Virus record (IMG/VR): IMGVR_UViG_3300034072_001395
Location: 1 to 64,000 of that record
DNA from: a virus
Length of the DNA stretch: 64,000 nt
Strand: one strand, 5' to 3'
The notes beneath the pieces are model-generated. The model saw only the letters and a list, made by a program, of their open reading frames with translations. It ran no database searches and was not told where the DNA came from. Positions within the stretch are counted from its first letter, which is position 1. Each line of letters begins with the position of its first letter. Below, piece after piece: positions 63,094 to 64,000 of this stretch. The position numbers were made by a program, and so were the translations under genes.

Positions 63094-63506
63094 TGGATCC
63101 GATCATCAAGCTGCCCGCCCCCATCGAGACGCCCGCCACCGACCGCCTGCGCGCCCTGATCGCGGCCTGCGCTGAGGCTGACGCGAAGTACCGCGCGGCG
63201 TCCACCGCGCATGACGCCGAGGTCCTGGCGGCGGCCTACGCGGGCGACACGGAGAGGGTCCAGGCCCTCGCGCAGTCGGCGCCGAAACCCAACACCGATC
63301 CGGAGCAGGCCCTTCGGCGCGAGGCAAGCGGCTTGCGCACGGCGGCGTGGCAGGAATACAGCGCCCTCCAAGTGCGGGCGCACACGCTGGAGGTGCTGAT
63401 CGCGTGCGCGGATGAGGCGCTGTACGAGTGCCGTCGCCGCCAGGATGACATCCACGCCGCGATCGAGTACGCCGAGAACCTGCCCGCAGAGAAGGAGAAC
63501 ACCTGA
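63093..63506 (+). CDS. Helical hypothetical protein (137 aa)
   Basis: Ends in KENT within the junction cassette. Confidence 0.7.
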   Translation: MDPIIKLPAPIETPATDRLRALIAACAEADAKYRAASTAHDAEVLAAAYAGDTERVQALAQSAPKPNTDPEQALRREASGLRTAAWQEYSALQVRAHTLEVLIACADEALYECRRRQDDIHAAIEYAENLPAEKENT

Positions 63507-63730
63507 TGGGCGTCATCGGTACGCCGGCCACCTACCGCTGCGATGCGTGTGGTGCGCTCGGCCAGGGCTTCACCCGCGAGATCCCCGACGGCTGGCTGGC
63601 GATCGTGTGGGTGCCCGGCTACCTTCGCCCGCCCGGCTTCGTGCCGCCACCCACCCGCGTCGTGTGCTCGAAGGCTTGCGCCGACGCGCTCGCCCCCCTC
63701 TGCAAGCCCCCGGAGATCGATCTGCCATGA
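63506..63730 (+). CDS. Small zinc-finger protein
   Basis: CDAC...P.GW...CSKAC. Confidence 0.7.
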   Translation: MGVIGTPATYRCDACGALGQGFTREIPDGWLAIVWVPGYLRPPGFVPPPTRVVCSKACADALAPLCKPPEIDLP

Positions 63731-63993
63731 GCACCATCGCCCTCGACCACCCGCACCTGACGCTGCCCCGCCTCGACGGGAAGTTCCCGCCCGAGATGCT
63801 GGACGAGTTCTACTTCTACTGCCTCCACTTCGACGGGGAGCGCGACGCGGACGGGAAGCTCACATACCTCGTCATGGCGTCCTCCCTCGTCACCAACCGG
63901 GAGATGGCCGTCGGGTTCCTGCGCTCGACCGAGCGGGCCTCCAAGGCGCAGGTCGCCGCGCATGTCGGCATCCCCCTGGAGATGCTGCGTTGA
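63727..63993 (+). CDS. Hypothetical protein (88 aa)
   Basis: GGAG RBS; ATGA coupling. Confidence 0.6.
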   Translation: MSTIALDHPHLTLPRLDGKFPPEMLDEFYFYCLHFDGERDADGKLTYLVMASSLVTNREMAVGFLRSTERASKAQVAAHVGIPLEMLR

Positions 63994-64000
63994 TCCCGCT

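Noticed and set aside
1-64000. tRNA/rRNA genes, CRISPR array, diversity-generating retroelement, alternative genetic code
   Set aside because: No cloverleaf or T-loop signatures, repeat arrays or reverse transcriptase noticed; genes pack tightly under the standard code

Overview
This window is part of a high-GC (about 70% by eye) tailed dsDNA phage genome with podovirus-type architecture. It has no tape-measure or sheath genes but carries a set of ejection (internal virion) proteins. Layout: (i) 1-27.9 kb, leftward virion operon: major capsid, cement, adaptor, nozzle, tail proteins and four ejection proteins including a 3822-aa polyvalent protein, interrupted by one inverted 533-aa gene; (ii) 28.0-33.5 kb, rightward terminase large subunit, portal, zinc-ribbon and scaffold, transcribed divergently from the capsid gene; (iii) 33.5-40.0 kb, leftward block with DUF1653, DUF3310, a Tad1-family anti-Thoeris sponge, small membrane proteins and a primase/Zn-finger/SF2-helicase fusion; (iv) 40.3-44.3 kb, rightward DUF262, N4/N6 methyltransferase and Nudix genes; (v) 44.2-52.3 kb, leftward operon built largely from tandem paralogue arrays plus HU and GcrA-like genes; (vi) 52.3-54.4 kb, non-coding control region with terminators, repeats and a parS-like site; (vii) 54.4-64 kb, rightward early-type region of small genes with sigma70-like promoters and long intergenic hairpins. 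No integrase, DNA or RNA polymerase, endolysin, tRNA or CRISPR array was recognised. The most unusual signals are the paralogue arrays joined by repeated RBS/stop-start junction cassettes, the family of intergenic hairpins with conserved flanks, the parS-like site, and a stand-alone ComM-like N-terminal domain. All family assignments come from motif recognition by eye, not database searches.
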